This document shows, piece by piece, positions 58,265 through 64,000 of a DNA stretch of 64,000 nucleotides. The stretch is from the NCBI GenBank assembly GCA_964016885.1, contig OZ024745.1:114018001-114082000 (forward strand), read 5' to 3'. How positions within the stretch are numbered: position 1 is the first letter of the stretch; every line of letters begins with the position of its first letter. The notes under the pieces are model-generated. The model was not told the DNA's origin and did no database searches. It saw nothing but the letters and a program-made list of their open reading frames with translations. The stretch is from Eledone cirrhosa. Lineage: Eukaryota. Both the position numbers and the translations under genes were made by a program.

Positions 58265-61200
58265 TTTCTTTATTAGCCACAGGGGCACAAAAGAAGGGGA
58301 TAATTACAAAGGGGGAAGTTTACATACAATAAAAACGTGTAAAATGTTATCACAATTGTAAATTAAGAGTTAATCGATTTTCCCCAGTAGGGGGAGACAG
58401 TTCGTATGGGTAGCACATACCCCCGAAAAAAATGTGCAAACCTCATCTCCAGGAGTACGAAGAGTTTGTACCCCTTTCCTCTCTTCCTCTTTTTCCTCAA
58501 CTTACAGGCTGATATAGAGAGAAGGCCCATTCACTCGGGCCATTCTCGCCACTTTCACCCAACTTTCATAAAACTTGCTGGGGTACAACACCTCTCTCTC
58601 CATCTTGACTCTTCTTTCAAAGTGGTATTTGAAAAAAAGAATCAGTTGTTGGCCGGAGAGAAAGGTGTCTGACCTCAGCCCTTTTAACCTCGTCCACCAT
58701 ACAACCTCTTTCGCCATAGCTATCACACAAAGGAAAACCGCCTCTCCTTCGTTTTTGAAGGAGGGTGGCGTTTTGATCATGACAATGGACTCGGTGATCA
58801 ACTGGATTGGTCCCACCCGCGACAATAGTCGTTCTACATAGCCCCACAGGTCGGTAACGCCCGGGCAGTGTATGAATGGGTGCGCGACGGTTTCTTCGTG
58901 TCGCACGTATCTCGGACAGATCTTTTTCGAAGGGTCCCTGCCCGGGCGCCCATGTCTGTAGAGCTTGTCTCGAACAGGTAGAGCTCCTCGGTAGCACTGC
59001 CAGGCCAGGGACTTTTGAAAGTTGTCCATCGGTCCCGGGCGTAAGGTCCTACCGAACAGACTGGCCAGTTCGTCTTCCTCCACGCCTAGAGTTTCTCCGA
59101 GCGCGTCGTCGCACTTAATGCGGATCAACCCTCTATAGAATGACGAAGTGGAGTCTCCACTGATCGCCGGGTCCGCCTTCCAGAGGGCTCTTAGCGCCTG
59201 AGCACATTCGATGTGCCAGTCGTCCATTTTCCTTGCTCTTTGCTTGACCCAGGACTGCAGCTCGGTCAGCGAGACGAGTCGTGGGAAGGCTCGCCTCACG
59301 AACGGGGGCCACACCGGTTGTCCGGTGAGGAATACGTAGAGATGCCGCAGCCTGAGCGCGTGTTTGCACATCGTCAGCCACGGCATCTCCAGCCCTCCAT
59401 TGGAAAGGTGTTGGCAGCAGATGGATCTTCTCACCAAAGGAGCCCGCTTCTTCCAAAGGAATTGGAAGAGCGCGCGCTCCATTTTGTGAGTGCAAACACC
59501 TTGGCAGTCACCTCGTTCCAGTTCTTCTCCACCTGGAGGTCCGGACCAAACCAGACCCCGAGTAGCTTCTCCGGTCCTTCCGTCCAGCGTCCGACGACGC
59601 CATCGGAAGCCATCGGTCTGCCTCTCCACGATCCGAGTTGCAAACCGATGGACTTGTCCCGGTTCAGCTTAGCTCCTGTGAACCTTTCGTATTCCTTCAG
59701 TAACGTGCCGACTTCCTAGATTTTCGAGGTGCTCGACACCATTATTGTCACGTCGTCGGCGTTGGCCGACGCCGCTTTCCGCAGTCCCGGTTCTAGAGGG
59801 ATGCCCTGCAATAGCTCCAACTTCAGCAGTAGTGGCTTGAGAGTCAGTACGTACAGAAGGGAGGAGAGAGGGCATCCCTGTCGGATGGATCGCGTGATAT
59901 GGAACGGCTCCGAGAGGTAGCCGTTCACCATGACCCTTGAGCAGATGTTGCTCTTGTGCATTGCAGCAATCCAGCCCCTGAACACGGATCCGAAGCCTGC
60001 CGCCTCGAGCACCGCGTCCAGGTAACGATGGTCAACCCTATCGAAAGCCTTAGACTGATCCAAGTTGATCAGGGCGCCACCGAAGCCGGGTTTACACCCT
60101 ACCCTCTCTACGATGTATCGCATGAGGTGGAGGTTGTTGTGTATGGACCTGGTCGGGATTGCGCATGTCTGCGCTTCTCCCACCAGGTTTTCGACGACAA
60201 GCGCCAACTTCTTTGCCAACACTTTGGTCAAAATCTGTAACTCTGTGTTTAGCAGAGTTATGGGCCGGAAGTTGCCTATGTCATTCCCCTTATTCTCGTC
60301 CTTCCTGACTAGTGTGACGCCCCTGGTCACAGAACTAGGAATTCTCCCGTTCTGCTGCCAGTTGCAGTAGACCGCTTCCAGGAGACCGGAGAACAAATCC
60401 GGCATTGCTACGTAAAATTCGTATGGTAGCCCGTCGAGAGATTTGCGTTTGCCACATTGGCTCAGCGCGTCCCCTATCTCAGCGGCTGAAATCGGCCTTT
60501 CGCAGAACTTCGCCTCGCTCTCCGAGAGTCGCGGTAGGCCGTCGAGGTATGGACCGAAATCCATAGCCCTTCCCGGCGCGCCACCCTGCCCGAACAGCTG
60601 ATCAAAGTGCCGCTGAAAGGCCGCGCACATCTGCTTCGGCTCACGTACACGCGTCCGTCTTGGTCCTTCAAAGACCGAATCGTGGACTTGTTGCCACTTT
60701 TCGCCTCCGTCACCTGGGCCAAGTTAACAGCTTTGGCTCCCTCGTTACCCAGAGCACGTATTTTGCTTCTGACAACGCAGCCCTCGTGCTTTGCGTCGAA
60801 GAACTGGCCCAAGGCCGTTCTCGTTGCTAGCACGGTGGCTACGTTGCCACTTCTAATTGCCTCTTCTACTTTATCTACCAGTTCCTTCTCGGTCCTATTT
60901 CTATGTAACGCTAATTCTTTACTAAAAACTAACGAGTCTAATCTAACTTCCGTCTTGTGAGAGTACCACCATCTGTTGTTGACAATGGCCCATGTCAAGT
61001 GCTGTTTAACTAGAGTGCTAATCCGCTTACTGTAAGTTTGTTTGTCGGTAAGGACAAGTTTAGCTTCCAGTAACCGGATCCTTGTCTATGGGTTCTATCA
61101 AGGTTGACCACTCCGGTCACCAACTTGTGATCCGAATAGTCAACCATGAACATTCGTGGTCAGCTTAATATGTCCCTATCCTTGTTTCTAACTAGGAACC

Positions 61201-61315
61201 TATCTAGGTACGACCTAGATGTTGCGCTAAGATTAGTCCACGTCCACAGTGGCACAGTCGGAAAATCTAGTCGATATCTATCGGCCAGATCAAATCGGCC
61301 GATTAACCGTTTGAA
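58265..61315 (-). mobile_element. 5'-truncated, frameshifted Tx1/L1-clade non-LTR retrotransposon ORF2 (endonuclease C-terminus, RT, C-terminal Zn motif, 3' UTR)
   Basis: Motifs YLDRFLV, SDHKLV, GYWKLN, FRPITLLNTE, LDQSKAFDRVDH, RQGCPLS, NADD (normally YADD) and CPRY..EETVAHPFIHC, split across frames. Flanked by (GATA)n. Confidence 0.92.
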
Positions 61316-61341
61316 GATAGATAGATAGATAGATAGCTATC

Positions 61342-61671
61342 TTTCTTTATTTGTCACAGGGGCGTACAAAAATGGGACATTACAAGACGTGACGGCGGGG
61401 GTTTTACATAAAAATAACTTTAACATTAGTAAATAACAATAAACTATATATAATAAAATAATAATTGAAATCGCCAGTAGGGAGGAACATTACTGCAGGG
61501 TTGTTTTACACCCCGTGGATAGAACAACCCTCAACAGCAGGAACACGTTTTGTAGGTATTCCTGTCTTCCCTCTGTTTATCTTCCTCAACCTACAGGTTT
61601 ATATACAGAAGGTTTATATACTCGGGCCATTTTTTCCACATTCACCCACCTTTCAGCGAATTTACTGGGGT
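61342..61671 (-). mobile_element. 3' fragment of a related Tx1-type LINE
   Basis: Encodes PSKFAERWVNVEKMARV, similar to PSKFYESWVKVARMARV at the end of the 58502 ORF; similar 3' terminus; (GATA)n on both sides. Confidence 0.75.
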
Positions 61672-61760
<89 letters not shown>

Positions 61761-62266
61761 TTCTTTATTAGCCATAAGGGCACAAAAAAGGGGAATAGAT
61801 AGATAGATAGATAGATAAATAAATAGATAGATAGATAGATAGACAGATAAAATAGATAAATAGAGAAGGAGAGAAAAAGGGGGATAAAGTACATAGGTAT
61901 TTAGGTTGGTAGGTAAGTAAGTGATATAGGAACTTAACAAAATTCAATTTCGAAAATTCTATTAAAATTTAATAATAGACAAAATATCAAAAGATATCTA
62001 TCTTTCTTGCAATATTTGTTGGTTTCTAAATATGTACATATGGACGTGTTTTGTGTGTCTATGCGTGTGTGTGTGTGTTGATGCGCATGCGTATGAGAAC
62101 ATAAAAACATTCGAGCACATAAATACAAGAAACATAAAATATGCTGACTCCAAATTTTTCGAAAGTAAACTTTACTGACAGACTCTTAGAAAAACACACA
62201 AATACACACATACACACACTAACACACAGATATACATATATATGTGTGTGTGTGTGTGATAATTTC

Positions 62267-62333
<67 letters not shown>

Positions 62334-63059
62334 CTGCATATATATATTTCTATATTTCGTTTTTGAATTTGTTTAGCAAGATTCCTTATCTGAAAACGTG
62401 TGTTGAAACCGATATTGTTATACTTTGGGAGGGCCATGTTGCCAATAAGGAACCAATAAGGAACACACGCACCAGTCGTTTTCACTTCAATTTATTATAA
62501 ATTTCCGGTTGGTTGGTTGGTTGGTTCTATAACCGGATGGTTGTTCACATATTGTCAAAGTTCTTTCGTCACACATTCTGTGACCTCTTCAGTGACTGGG
62601 GATTATTTTCTTTATTTTATTTTTTTATTTTGTGCCTCTCCTTTGTTCTGTCCTATGCCATCTTGTTTTTGTGTGTGTTGTGTGCTTAGTTTGCGCATGT
62701 GTAACATCCGGGTGTCTGTGTGGGTTTTTATTTGTTTATTTATTTGTTCATTTACATGTCGCTAGTTGGTTGTTTTTTCTATGTGTGTGTGATATATATA
62801 CATATATACATGCCTACATACATATATAAGCTTTTTTTTGTGTGTCTGTATGTTTTCATTTTGTCTTTAATTATAAGTTGTGATGTTGCTATTCCATTCA
62901 TGTTTTCTATTTAATTTGGTTGGAGTTTATTTATGTTTATTGCCTCTGTGATTTGTCTAAACATTGCGTCTTTTCTGTGTATTATATATATTTCTGTATA
63001 TATATACATATATATGTATATACATATATATATATGTATACACGTATATATATATATGT

Positions 63060-63114
<55 letters not shown>

Positions 63115-63188
63115 CGTATGTATATATATATATTTACATATATATGTATATATACATTTACATATATATATACATATATATATGCATA

Positions 63189-63228
<40 letters not shown>

Positions 63229-64000
63229 GATGCGTGTGTGTATATATTTTTACATACACAAATTTATTGTGGAAATTGAGTGATAGAAAATGTAAAACGT
63301 AGAAGCAGTCTTTCATATTCTATTTAACATTTTTAAACAGAATTTTTAATAGGCTGAAAACTTATTCCATCTACATATATGCATTAGTAATGAGGGATGG
63401 AAAGATTAGAAGCAAAGGAAAATTACTGCTACCACTGTACATCAGAGTGATTTGAGATTTCGTTGAGTGTATTACTATACGCCGGAAAAGGAAATCTTAT
63501 ATAACGAGGAGAACTTTACGACAGAAACTAGTTCAAGAAATTAATCGCATCAGAATTTACCAAACGAAAGAAAAACGCGAGAGATTTAATGACAGCGTGA
63601 AATCATAGGAACAATAATTTTTTAATGCTATTTTGAAAGCTTTGAATACGGCATTTCATGGCAAATATCAGATATGGTCATTATAGGGAATTTATTGTGA
63701 GAAATGACTGAGACAAATTGAAAAGTAAAACATACTGTACGACACTCTAAAATTCATCGAATTGTGTAAGTAGTTCTTGCAATACGGTCCCTTGGCGGAA
63801 CTAGAATAGGCATCACCGGTTGCATCCAAGCGTACTCAACAGATAATGTTAAATAAACTCAGAGAGTACACATAGTTACTCGCTTCAATGCAACGCACGT
63901 AAACGGGTGCCTCCAATTGTTCCCGAACTCGAGTTTCGGCCACACTTAATGCAGCAGTAGAGTGCACTGCACCTTCTGTCCGCATATATTATGCAACAAT

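Noticed and set aside
58406-60960. + strand ORFs over the LINE
   Set aside because: Antisense shadows of the GC-rich Tx1 ORF2.

Overview
AT-rich, microsatellite-dense animal genomic DNA. Its SINE and microsatellite content looks like a coleoid cephalopod (Octopus-like); this is inference. The only host gene I can support is a PNR/NR2E3 (Hr51/unfulfilled-type) nuclear receptor on the + strand. Three of its exons are visible: 41169-41369, 44884-45128 and 46002-46239, covering the T-box/hinge and the first two thirds of the ligand-binding domain. I could not find the zinc-finger exons or the last LBD exons, so the whole window is probably intragenic, with very large introns. The introns contain many tRNA-derived SINEs, decayed LINEs (Tx1/L1, RTE-like and R4-like), a Helitron/MITE-like element and a 1-kb 15-bp satellite made of perfect p53-family half-sites. 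The most striking unannotated signal is about ten type-I hammerhead ribozyme motifs, some intact and some decayed. Most lie in Penelope-like fold-back inverted repeats whose junctions fall at or inside the ribozyme, and several share a non-canonical U-U pair at the base of stem II. Most ORFs in the supplied track are microsatellite artefacts.
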